From contig CBDBDQ010000005.1 in the NCBI GenBank assembly GCA_965203905.1, positions 96,001 through 160,000 on the forward strand: DNA of 64,000 nt, read 5' to 3'. The notes under the pieces were generated by a model, which ran no database searches, had not been told where the DNA came from, and saw nothing but the letters and a program-made list of their open reading frames with translations. The translations under genes were made by a program, and so were the position numbers. The first letter of the stretch is position 1. Every line of letters begins with the position of its first letter. Source of the DNA: Spirochaetia bacterium (GTDB taxonomy: Bacteria; Spirochaetota; Spirochaetia; SZUA-6; Bin103). Below, in pieces: positions 36,974-45,708 of this stretch.

Positions 36974-38407
36974 TCAGTCCTGCTGTTGGGACGGGTCCCA
37001 GCGCGTCGACTCCAGGTAGGCGAGCAGCTCGCCCCGTGCGCGCGGAGTACCCAACCGGCGCAGGCCGAGCACCGAGTAGCCGCGCACGTAGTGGCTGGGA
37101 TCGCCGAGCCCGGCGGCGAGAGCCGCAGTCACTTGGTCGGCCGCCGTCCCCGCTGCCGCTCCGACGCGCGCCAGCGACAGCGCGGCATTGCGCCGCACCA
37201 CCTCGTTTTCGTCCTCCAACGCGGAGGCCAGCGCGGTGGCGACCGAAGCGGCATCCGCGGCATCGGCGTACACGGTACCAAGGGCGTCGGCGGCGTGGCC
37301 GCGAACCAGCTCGGACTCGTCTCCCAGCGCGGCGATCAACGCCGCTTCGGCGCCGGCGGCAGGCGGACCGACGTCACCCAGCGTGTCGACGGCGCGCGCG
37401 CGCACCTCGGCGGCGCCATCCGTCAGCATACCGCCGAGCGCCGGCACAGCCGCGGCGCCCAGTGGTGCGAAGCCATAGGCCGCGTTGAGCCGTACCCGCT
37501 CGTCGCCGCTCTGCAACGCCTCGGCGAGCGGGACGCCGGCGGCCGCGCCGCGGTTGCCCAACGCGTGCGCGGCGTCCAGGGCAACCGGCTCATCGACTGC
37601 GGCAAGTCGGTGCACCAGATTCGCCAGCCGACCGTCGGCAGGGGCCGGTGCCGCATGCTCGTTCGTACCCAGATGCCACCGCCACTGATAGTCCCACACA
37701 CCGCGCAGCATCGGACGCTCGCCGTCGGCGGCGGCGCCGTTGCGCTCCCACAGCGGTGCGTCGGAGGCCGGCTCGTGGCGCCAACTCGGGCGCACGGGAT
37801 CGGCCATCCGCGTGAACAGGAACTTGACCATGTAGCGGGTGCGGTCGCCGGTCAGGTAACCGGTGGCGCGGTGCCAGATGTCGTAGTGCACGATCACCAC
37901 CGTGCCTGCCTCGCCGGTGAGGTGGATCTCATCCTCCTCCCCCTGCCGCTGGTTCAGGTAGTGGCTGCGCGGCACGACCGCGGTCGGTCCCATCGCCTCG
38001 TCGGTGTCCTGCGGGTAGTAGAACGCCATCGCCCAGCGCGCGTGATGGTGCCGGCGATTGCCGTCCACGGCGAAGCGGCTGTTGCCGAGGCTGTCCTTGT
38101 GCAGCCTCTGCGGCTCGGTCCCGGGGGAACGGTCGTGGCAGTGGCGGTGCATGTGCAGGTAGTAGCCGTCGCCCAGGATGCTGGCCAGCGCGCCGGTCAC
38201 CCGAGGGTGCCCGAACACCCGCTGCAGCTCCGGCACCTCCGGCAGGATGTTGTTACGCGGATTCCCCGTTCGCTCCAGCACCGTGCCGATGCGGTCGTAC
38301 ACCCGCTGGTGAAACGCCGCCGGCAGATCGGGCCGCACGGTGAGATAGCCGTCGATCAGAAACCGCTGCAGCTCAGCGTCGGTCAGCCGGTAACCGGTGT
38401 TGTCCAT
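36974..38407 (-). CDS. PhyH-family dioxygenase fused to C-terminal HEAT repeats
   Basis: LHKD...GPTAVVPRSH...WHRA; repeats VRLNAAYG, VRARAVDTLG, VRGHAADALG, VRRNAALSLA, VRGYSVLGL. Confidence 0.88.
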   Translation of the reverse strand: MDNTGYRLTDAELQRFLIDGYLTVRPDLPAAFHQRVYDRIGTVLERTGNPRNNILPEVPELQRVFGHPRVTGALASILGDGYYLHMHRHCHDRSPGTEPQRLHKDSLGNSRFAVDGNRRHHHARWAMAFYYPQDTDEAMGPTAVVPRSHYLNQRQGEEDEIHLTGEAGTVVIVHYDIWHRATGYLTGDRTRYMVKFLFTRMADPVRPSWRHEPASDAPLWERNGAAADGERPMLRGVWDYQWRWHLGTNEHAAPAPADGRLANLVHRLAAVDEPVALDAAHALGNRGAAAGVPLAEALQSGDERVRLNAAYGFAPLGAAAVPALGGMLTDGAAEVRARAVDTLGDVGPPAAGAEAALIAALGDESELVRGHAADALGTVYADAADAASVATALASALEDENEVVRRNAALSLARVGAAAGTAADQVTAALAAGLGDPSHYVRGYSVLGLRRLGTPRARGELLAYLESTRWDPSQQQD

Positions 38408-38428
38408 ATCTTCTCCTGCTCCGGCCAG

Positions 38429-39763
38429 TCACAGGCCGGCATTCACCACGGCGTCCGCGATCCGCTCGGAATGCACTATCCAGCGTGGCCAGAATGGATC
38501 GTGTCCTGCCAGAACCCGTTCCAGCTCGCGCTGTATCTCATCCCTGCTTCTGAGGCCTTCGGGGAGTCCTTCCGTATCGTCCCGCATGAGCGCCTCGGCC
38601 GCTTCGATAGCGCGCTCCGCGTCCACTGATCGTCCCTGCCGCAGCCCGAATGTGTCCGATACCAGCCAGTTGATGACATCCCCCTGCTTTGCCCAGCACA
38701 CCTCGTCGAGGTGGACCTGACCGTCACGCAAGTCGAGATGGAACAGCCGGTCGCGCTCTTCGTCGAAGAGCGGCTCCAACGAAGCCAGCACCAGAGGTGA
38801 ATGGGTGGCGGCCAGGAGTTGAACCACGGGACTGTGAGCGTCGGGCAGTATGTCCATTACCTTGAGTACCTTGAGCACGGCGGGCACGACGGCCCGCTGC
38901 CAGCGCGGATGAAGATGCGCCTCGATTTCGTCGAACAACAGCACGATTTGGTGAGTGCTCTTCAGTCCGAGTTGCATTGCGGCGCGGAGGTGCTCGCTCC
39001 ACGACCACACCAGCATGTAGGCGAGTGAGGCGATGCGGCGCACCCCTGCGGATGCATGCACAATGGGTATCGAGTCGGAGTATTCCGTCCCGATCGAGGG
39101 GATATCCTGCACATCGTTGACAGAGAGGCGCACAATCGGTCCGACTTTCAGCGGTTCCCCCCGGACGGTCAGGGTGCCGAGCACCCGCGTCATGAGATCC
39201 GCTTCCGTGCCCCGCTCCCTGATCCAGCTCGACCAGTCGTCGAGCAGGCCCCGGCACACTCGGGTCTGGCTGCCGTTGATGGACACCGCCAGTCCCTTCC
39301 ACACCTCCTGTGGTGAAAACACGTATCCGGGAACCTGATCCTGAACGTCGAGGTTGCCTTGTGTCTGCCAGAAGTTCCGCGCCGGATCCCACACCGAGAA
39401 GCCGCCATCGGCGTGAGCGTAGACTACAAGTGCCTCGCTATACGGTCGTTGCCGTGGCCCGGGCCAGCCTTCCTGCCGCGCGGAGTAAACGCTCGCGTAG
39501 CTGCGACTGCCACCCGCTACGGTGCGTATGGTAAAGCGCAACGTTGCGCGCGCTCCGACGTTGGTCGGCCGTGCCGCGTAACCGGCAGTGAGGTTCCGAT
39601 TCAGGTCGCGGGGCCACTTGCGAGTCAGGGCCCACCAGGCAACGTCGAGCAGGAAACTCTTGCCGAGCCCGTTGTCTCCGGTGATCAGGTTGATCCGGCG
39701 AGCCAGCTCCAGTGTCATCGCGGGCGCCGGGCCGACGTTGGCAAGCTCCAGCCGTTCAAGCAT
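38429..39763 (-). CDS. ABC-type (AAA_21-like) ATPase, defence-associated type
   Basis: GDNGLGKS, ASAG signature, LFDEIEAHLHP, ATHSP. Confidence 0.88.
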   Translation of the reverse strand: MLERLELANVGPAPAMTLELARRINLITGDNGLGKSFLLDVAWWALTRKWPRDLNRNLTAGYAARPTNVGARATLRFTIRTVAGGSRSYASVYSARQEGWPGPRQRPYSEALVVYAHADGGFSVWDPARNFWQTQGNLDVQDQVPGYVFSPQEVWKGLAVSINGSQTRVCRGLLDDWSSWIRERGTEADLMTRVLGTLTVRGEPLKVGPIVRLSVNDVQDIPSIGTEYSDSIPIVHASAGVRRIASLAYMLVWSWSEHLRAAMQLGLKSTHQIVLLFDEIEAHLHPRWQRAVVPAVLKVLKVMDILPDAHSPVVQLLAATHSPLVLASLEPLFDEERDRLFHLDLRDGQVHLDEVCWAKQGDVINWLVSDTFGLRQGRSVDAERAIEAAEALMRDDTEGLPEGLRSRDEIQRELERVLAGHDPFWPRWIVHSERIADAVVNAGL

Positions 39764-39982
39764 TCGATACAGACGATACCTGCCGGTAGTGCGCAACGCA
39801 ACACACCGGTAGTCGGCTGCACGGCGTGCCACAGAGGATCCGGAAAACGCGCCGACAGGAACCACCGCCACGTTCCGCGTTAGTGGCGGTGGTGGATCAC
39901 CAGGGCGAATCGAACCCCAGGTGGTGCGTGGTCGCTGGTGGTGGCGCGGGACCACCTGTCCCGTCAGGTCGACTCCGCCGCT

Positions 39983-40880
39983 CTACGCCACCGCGGCGCT
40001 GAACACCAGCTCCCAGCCGTGGAACACCACCGCCAGGCCGGTGAACCGCACCCCCGGAAACTCCCGCGCCAGGCGCTCGTCGGCCAGATAACGCCGCAAC
40101 TGCGCGGTGGCTGCGCCGGCCACCGCCGCGACGCCCGCCTCGTCCGCCGGAGCGCTGCGCGCCAGGTACTTCAGCTCGATCAGATAGCCGCGCCGCAACT
40201 GCGGATAGCGGGCGACCAGCGGTTCCAGCGCGATGTCCGCGTGGCCCTTTCCCAGCTCCGCCTCCGAGCGGAACACGTAGTAGTCGGCCACGCTCAGGTA
40301 GGCCGCCAGGAACCCCAGCGCCCCGGCACGGGGCGCCATGACCTTCTCGCCGCCGATGTAGTCGCGGATCGCCGTCTGCGCCGCGATCGCTTCGCTCAGG
40401 AACTCCAGCACCGGCCGCCACTCACCCTCGGTGGCCATGCGCAACATCAGTTGCTCGAACCGGTACAGGTCGACCGCAAACACGCCCACGTCCTGATAGC
40501 CGTCGCAGCGTCCCCCGCAGCTCCGTGTGGCAATGCCCCTCGAAGCGTTGCTCCAGGGTCTCCAGCTAGTCGCTGACCATCGAGAAGTTGAAGCGCAGGG
40601 TGACGTAGCGGCTCTGTTCCCCGGTCGGTCTCCGCCCGATGTCGGTGCCGGCAAAGGTGGCGTCGAAGTCGCCGGCCCAGAAGCGGTCGTAGTAGTTCTC
40701 CAGCAGCGACACCCACACGGTCTTGCCGAACCGCCGGGGGCGGATCAGGAAGGCGTAGTGCTCCTGCTCCAGACGCCGCAGGAAGCGGGTCTTGTCCACG
40801 TACAGCCACCGGTTCAGGCGGATGCGCCGGAAGTCGCCTTGGCCATAGGGTATGTGCGGGTACGCGGGAGCCTCGTCCAC
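39983..40880 (-). pseudogene. AAA-ATPase-like + PD-(D/E)xK nuclease protein, with nonsense codon and internal deletion
   Basis: N-terminal YVDKT, RPRRFGKT; in-frame TAG at 40566-40568; near 40503 it jumps to a C-terminal GHADIAL...LIELKY...QL..Y. Confidence 0.85.
40318..40336. repeat. short palindrome GCGCCCCG-GCA-CGGGGCGC within coding sequence
   Basis: Perfect 8-bp arms with a 3-nt loop; reads APRAGA in the host frame. Confidence 0.6.
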
Positions 40881-41109
40881 TTGCAGACCGTGCCGCCGAC
40901 ACTCTATCGCCCGTGCGACGGCCCCTCAAGCTCAGATCGGGTCCACGACGCACGCGGTTGCGAAGCGTCCCGCTGCTCGACCCTTATGGCTATGCCGTGC
41001 TCGGCGACGGCGGTCCTGGCTGTCGGCGGCCAGCCTCAGCGCGCGTGGCCGCCTCGCACTCGCTCGCGGACCTGTGCAGCGCGACGGGGTTCGGGATAGG
41101 GTGGTTGCG

Positions 41110-42144
41110 ATGAGTACCCCACGCTACAAGGCGGCGCTGATCGGCTGCGGCAGTCGCAGCCATTCACACGTGCGCTCCTACGAGCACGTGGAGGATGCAG
41201 TGATGACCGCCTGCTGCGACCTGATCGAGAAGCGCCGCAGCGGACACGCCAGCGAGTACGGCCTGACTCCGTACGCCGACGCGGCGCAGATGATCGAGCG
41301 GGAGAAGCCCGACATCGTCCACGTCGTCACCCAGCCGGCGGACCGGGCGGCGCTCATGCACCTGGTGGCGGAGCTGGGCGTGCCGGCGGCGGTGGTGGAG
41401 AAGCCGCTGGCGGCCGGGGTTGCCGACTGGCGCTCCCTGGTGGAGCTGGAGCGCCGCTGCAGCACCAGGTTCACGGTGAGCCACCAGTTCCGTTGGCACG
41501 TCGATCTGACCCGCTGCCGGACGGCGCTGGAGTCGGGGCGCCTGGGCGCGGTCAAGTTCCTGGAGACCTCGTGCGGGATGAACATCTCCAATCAGGGGAC
41601 CCACGCCCTCAACTACCTGATGTCGCTCAACCGCGACGCTCGTGTCCGAATGGTGTTCGGCTCCGCCAGCGGGCTGAGCGGCAGCGATCCCACCCATCCC
41701 GCGCCCGACACCACCATCGGCTACCTGCTGTTCGAGAACGGGGTGCGTGGCATGTGGAACACCGGCACCACGGCGCCGCTGATCGGCGATCCCGAAACTG
41801 TCCACCAGCACGTCCGGGTGGCGGCGTATGCCGAGCGCGGGCGGGTGCTCTACGAGGAGTTCCGCGACTGGGAGATCGCCGGCCCCGACGGCATCGAGCG
41901 CGGCACCGCGGGCGACACCTGGCGCGCCAACAACCTGCTGGCGCAGGCCGCCCTGACCCGCGCCACGCTGGACTGGGTGGAGGACCCTGCCGCGCTCCCC
42001 GGCACCAACCTCGACCAGTCGCTGCACGAGTACCGGACCGTGCTCGCGCTGTACGCCAGCATGCTGCAGCGGCGCCCGATCGAGTTGGCGTCCTTCGAGC
42101 CGGACGACGACCTGTTCGAGCAGCTTGACGCGGCACTGAGTTGA
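41110..42144 (+). CDS. Gfo/Idh/MocA family oxidoreductase
   Basis: LIGCGSRS, VVEKP, NQGTH. Confidence 0.9.
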   Translation: MSTPRYKAALIGCGSRSHSHVRSYEHVEDAVMTACCDLIEKRRSGHASEYGLTPYADAAQMIEREKPDIVHVVTQPADRAALMHLVAELGVPAAVVEKPLAAGVADWRSLVELERRCSTRFTVSHQFRWHVDLTRCRTALESGRLGAVKFLETSCGMNISNQGTHALNYLMSLNRDARVRMVFGSASGLSGSDPTHPAPDTTIGYLLFENGVRGMWNTGTTAPLIGDPETVHQHVRVAAYAERGRVLYEEFRDWEIAGPDGIERGTAGDTWRANNLLAQAALTRATLDWVEDPAALPGTNLDQSLHEYRTVLALYASMLQRRPIELASFEPDDDLFEQLDAALS

Positions 42145-42148
42145 CCGC

Positions 42149-42940
42149 GTGAGCAGCGCTGACAGCGCCGCGGCGGCGCTGCCTCCCGGTGCCGGGTCGC
42201 AGGGGGCCGCGCCGCTCCCGGAGCGTGACCTGCGCGTGGTGCTGGTGCGTCCGGAGGAGGGCCGCAACGTCGGCGCCGCCTGCCGCGCCGCCAAGACCAT
42301 GGGCATCGAGAATCTCGTCCTGGTGCAGCCCGGGGAGATCGACTGGCGCGAGGCGCGGATCATCGCCGTGCACGCGGCGGACGTCCTGCAGCACGCGGTG
42401 GTCTGCAGCAGCGTCGCGGAGGCGGTGCAGGGCTGTACCCTCGCGGCCGCGGTCACCCGCCGTGACGGCAAGCGCCGCAAGTATCGCATCTGGACCGCCG
42501 AGCAACTCGGACAGCGGCTGGCGGCGCGGCGGCCGGGTCGCGTCGCGCTCGTGTTCGGCAACGAGAAGAACGGCCTCTCCGATGTGGAGATGGAGCCCTG
42601 CCAAGTGGCCGTCGCAATCCCCTCCTCGCCCCGGTTTCCCTCGCTGAACCTGTCGCACGCGGTCCAGATCGTGGCCTACGAGGTATACAAGCACGGCCGT
42701 CTGGCAAGGCGCGCGCGCCCGCGCCAGCGCTCCGTCGGCGCCGAACGCGTGGCACGCATGGCGGAGCCGCTGACCTGCGCCCTGGCCGAGGTGGGGTTCT
42801 TCAGCAGCTCCGGCGCGCGCAGCGTGCAGCGTTTCCTCACCGACATCCTGACCCGCGCCGACCTGGTGGACCGCGAGGCGCAGCGGCTGGAGCGGATCCT
42901 GCACAACGTCGGCGGGGTGGTGCTGCGCACCAGGCGCTGA
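42149..42940 (+). CDS. TrmJ/LasT-family SPOUT RNA methyltransferase
   Basis: NVGAACRAAKTMG, VFGNEKNGL, SLNLSHAVQI. Confidence 0.92.
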   Translation: MSSADSAAAALPPGAGSQGAAPLPERDLRVVLVRPEEGRNVGAACRAAKTMGIENLVLVQPGEIDWREARIIAVHAADVLQHAVVCSSVAEAVQGCTLAAAVTRRDGKRRKYRIWTAEQLGQRLAARRPGRVALVFGNEKNGLSDVEMEPCQVAVAIPSSPRFPSLNLSHAVQIVAYEVYKHGRLARRARPRQRSVGAERVARMAEPLTCALAEVGFFSSSGARSVQRFLTDILTRADLVDREAQRLERILHNVGGVVLRTRR

Positions 42941-43014
42941 TTCGGGCACGGCTCGGCGCGCCGCCGGCCGCTATCTGGCCGCGGCGCCCTCCGCCGGCTT
43001 ACCATGGGGCCGTT

Positions 43015-43899
43015 ATGGTGCGACTCGGTAGTGTGATCATGGGCGAACGCGAGGGCGACGCGGCGGTGGGCGCGGCGCATGGCTCGGACGTCGCCGACGT
43101 CTACGCCCTGGCGCGGGCCCACCGCGACCGCGGCCTGAGCGCCGCCTACTGTCCCAAGGTGGCGGTGGACGACCACGAGCGGATGCGCGACATCCGCGAT
43201 GCGTTTGCCGGCGAGGGCGTTCTGCTGGCCGAGGTGGGCGGCTGGCGCAACATGCTGCACCCGGACGCCGCCGAGGCGCGGCGCGAGCGGCAGCGCATGG
43301 CCGAGTACCTGGCCATAGCCGACGAGGTGGGGGCGCTCTGCGCCATCACCTGCATCGGCTCGCCCGGCGGCCCGGGCCAGGGCTCCCACGACGCCTTCAA
43401 CTTCACGCCGGATGCCTTCGACGCCGCGGTGGAGAACGCGCGCTGGCTGATCGACACGGTCAAGCCCAAGCGCACTCGCTTCGTGTACGAGATCTATCCC
43501 TTCAGCGTCGCCGACTCACCGAGCAACATCCGGCGCCTGCTGGACGCCGTCGACCGGACCCAGTTCGCCGCCCACATGGACCTGGTGAACCTGGTGAACT
43601 GCCCGCGGCTGTACTACGACAACGCCGCCCTGGCGCACGAGTGCGTGCGCCTGTTCGGCGACCGCATCGTCTCCGCCCATGCCAAGGACCTGGCGATGCA
43701 GGAGGAAGTCAGCGTGATCATGCACGAAGTCCGGCCCGGCCTCGGAAACATCGACTACGGCGCCTACCTGCGGGTGCTCCACGAGCTGCCGCAGGTGGTG
43801 CCGCTGATGCTGGAGCACCTGCACACCCAGCAAGAGTATGACCTCGGGGCCGACCACATTCGCGGAGTAGCCGCCGCCGAAGAGATTCCGCTCGCCTGA
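43015..43899 (+). CDS. sugar phosphate isomerase/epimerase (xylose isomerase-like TIM barrel)
   Basis: YE, HMDLVN, HAKD, LMLEH metal ligands. Confidence 0.88.
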   Translation: MVRLGSVIMGEREGDAAVGAAHGSDVADVYALARAHRDRGLSAAYCPKVAVDDHERMRDIRDAFAGEGVLLAEVGGWRNMLHPDAAEARRERQRMAEYLAIADEVGALCAITCIGSPGGPGQGSHDAFNFTPDAFDAAVENARWLIDTVKPKRTRFVYEIYPFSVADSPSNIRRLLDAVDRTQFAAHMDLVNLVNCPRLYYDNAALAHECVRLFGDRIVSAHAKDLAMQEEVSVIMHEVRPGLGNIDYGAYLRVLHELPQVVPLMLEHLHTQQEYDLGADHIRGVAAAEEIPLA

Positions 43900-43909
43900 C
43901 GGCGCCTCC

Positions 43910-45256
43910 CTATTCGGAAGCCCAGATGTTGGCGAAGCGCACGGGAGAAGCGTCGGCCTGCAGCCGCAGCGGGCCCTTGCTCTGCCACGCCTCCGGCAAC
44001 TCGACGAAGCCGCGCGGCGTCGGCTCACTCACCGCGACCTCGTGGTGGATACGGCTGCCGTTGAGCCATGCCGAGATGCGCCCGCCGTCACCTTCGGGGG
44101 TGTACTCCACCTCCAGTTCCTGCCACGCTCCCGGCGCACCGGCGGCGTCGACATCCGGCGCCTTGAGCCCGTTCAGCGCTCCGCACCGGTACTCGGGCGC
44201 CGACTCCGGCGCCGGCCCGCGCAGTTCTATCTCGTAACGGCCGGAGATAAACACGCCACCGGTGCCGCGCAGCGTCCCCGGCACCCACTCCGGCTCCCGT
44301 GGCAGCTGGAAGTCCAGGTGCAGGCGATGCGCGCCGAACCGCGCTTCGCTGTAGATGTCGCCGTAGCCCGGCACCGCGGTCAGCACGCTGCCGGCGGCGG
44401 ACCAGCGGGCGGCGTCGAAGCGCTGGCCGCCCGCGGTGCTCTCGGCACGCCGGTCGAGCCGCATACCCGGCGGTTGCCGTCCGGGATCCCAGTGCCGCCA
44501 GCCCTGCAGCGGCGCGCCCGTGAACAGCACCGTGGCGCTGTGCGGCGGCCGCCGCGGTGGCGGCGGCAGGGCACCGGCAGCGGTCTCCCCCGCGGCCGCC
44601 TCGGCGGCGCCTTCGTCCAGGCACCAGGCGATGGCATTGCGCACGAGTTGGGTGAACATCGGCACTTCGAAATGCTCGGCGCTGCCCAGCGAGGTGAAGA
44701 ACACGCGCGAACTCGGGGTGTAGCGGTTGATCCACGACACCGGCTCCGCCGGCAGCTCGGCGGTCTTGCCGAACATGAGCGGACTGGCGGTGTCGGCCAG
44801 CGGCACGGCGTTGTAGGTGCCGCCGTAGCCCATCTCCGTGACCCGTGGCAGGTCGCGCACGATCGGGTGCGAGGAAGCCGCGGGGTAGGTTACGGCCAAC
44901 TGGCCCTGCGGGTTGGGCGCGTGGCTCATGTAGTGGCCGCCGAAGTAGTCCGGACACCAGCCGCGGGCGTTGCTGAAGGCGTGACTGGTGGTGCGCAGGC
45001 CCACGGCCGGCCGCCCGGACGCGAACCAGTCGTGCAACTGCCGGAGCTGTTCCGGCGTCGGGTTGCGGAAGCGGACCGCCATCACCAGCAACGCGGCGTC
45101 CGCCAGCCCGCTGAGGTCGAGGGGATCGGCCTCCACCCCGACGCTCAGTACCGCCTCATATCCCAGCTCCCCGGCTACCTGCTCGGCGAAGGGCGGTATG
45201 GTGCGCGCGGAGTGATACTCATCCTCGCCCACCAGAAAGAAGATCTTCTTGCTCAT
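43910..45256 (-). CDS. ThuA-like domain + DUF1080 (3-keto-disaccharide hydrolase-like) fusion
   Basis: VGEDEY, GLRTTSHAF, RVFFTSLG; C-terminal LHLDF, GAWQELEV, WLNG, GPLRLQ, VRFANIW. Confidence 0.8.
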   Translation of the reverse strand: MSKKIFFLVGEDEYHSARTIPPFAEQVAGELGYEAVLSVGVEADPLDLSGLADAALLVMAVRFRNPTPEQLRQLHDWFASGRPAVGLRTTSHAFSNARGWCPDYFGGHYMSHAPNPQGQLAVTYPAASSHPIVRDLPRVTEMGYGGTYNAVPLADTASPLMFGKTAELPAEPVSWINRYTPSSRVFFTSLGSAEHFEVPMFTQLVRNAIAWCLDEGAAEAAAGETAAGALPPPPRRPPHSATVLFTGAPLQGWRHWDPGRQPPGMRLDRRAESTAGGQRFDAARWSAAGSVLTAVPGYGDIYSEARFGAHRLHLDFQLPREPEWVPGTLRGTGGVFISGRYEIELRGPAPESAPEYRCGALNGLKAPDVDAAGAPGAWQELEVEYTPEGDGGRISAWLNGSRIHHEVAVSEPTPRGFVELPEAWQSKGPLRLQADASPVRFANIWASE

Positions 45257-45687
45257 GTACCTGTGCTCGCTTGGTAGAGGGCATCTGCCACCTCCGGCAC
45301 CGCGGCAGGACGCCCGGCGCGGAGACTTGCCCCATGGAATACTCCCGTAACTATACGCCTTCGGTCGGGCAAAAGAAAAATGGACTGCCGGAACAGGAAG
45401 CGAATCGCACCCTTGCGCTCCACATCCAGCGTCACCACGAAGCGGTCCCCGCTGCGCAGCGGGTGGTGATAGTCGAGCTCCGCGCGCACCACCACCAGGT
45501 CGATGCCGCGCCGGTGCAGGGCCGCAAAGTCGATGCCCAGTTGCAGCAGAAACTCGTGGCGGGTGTGCTCGAAGTAATGCTGGTAGACCGCGTTGTTGAC
45601 GATCTGCTGCAGATCGCACTCATAGTCGCGCACCTTCATTTCCAGGCTGAACAGGGGGCCGCCACCGTTGTCGACCGCTTCAGGCAT
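45253..45687 (-). CDS. acyl-CoA thioesterase (YbgC/FadM hot-dog fold)
   Basis: ECDLQQIVNNAVYQHYFEHTR. Confidence 0.92.
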   Translation of the reverse strand: MPEAVDNGGGPLFSLEMKVRDYECDLQQIVNNAVYQHYFEHTRHEFLLQLGIDFAALHRRGIDLVVVRAELDYHHPLRSGDRFVVTLDVERKGAIRFLFRQSIFLLPDRRRIVTGVFHGASLRAGRPAAVPEVADALYQASTGT

Positions 45688-45708
45688 GCTGTCGCTCCAG
45701 GCCGCCGC

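Noticed and set aside
38429-39763. Complete Septu (PtuAB) system
   Set aside because: No small HNH gene next to the ATPase.
40566-40568. TAG readthrough (pyrrolysine or recoding)
   Set aside because: The gene has other lesions and TAG serves as an ordinary stop in many genes here.
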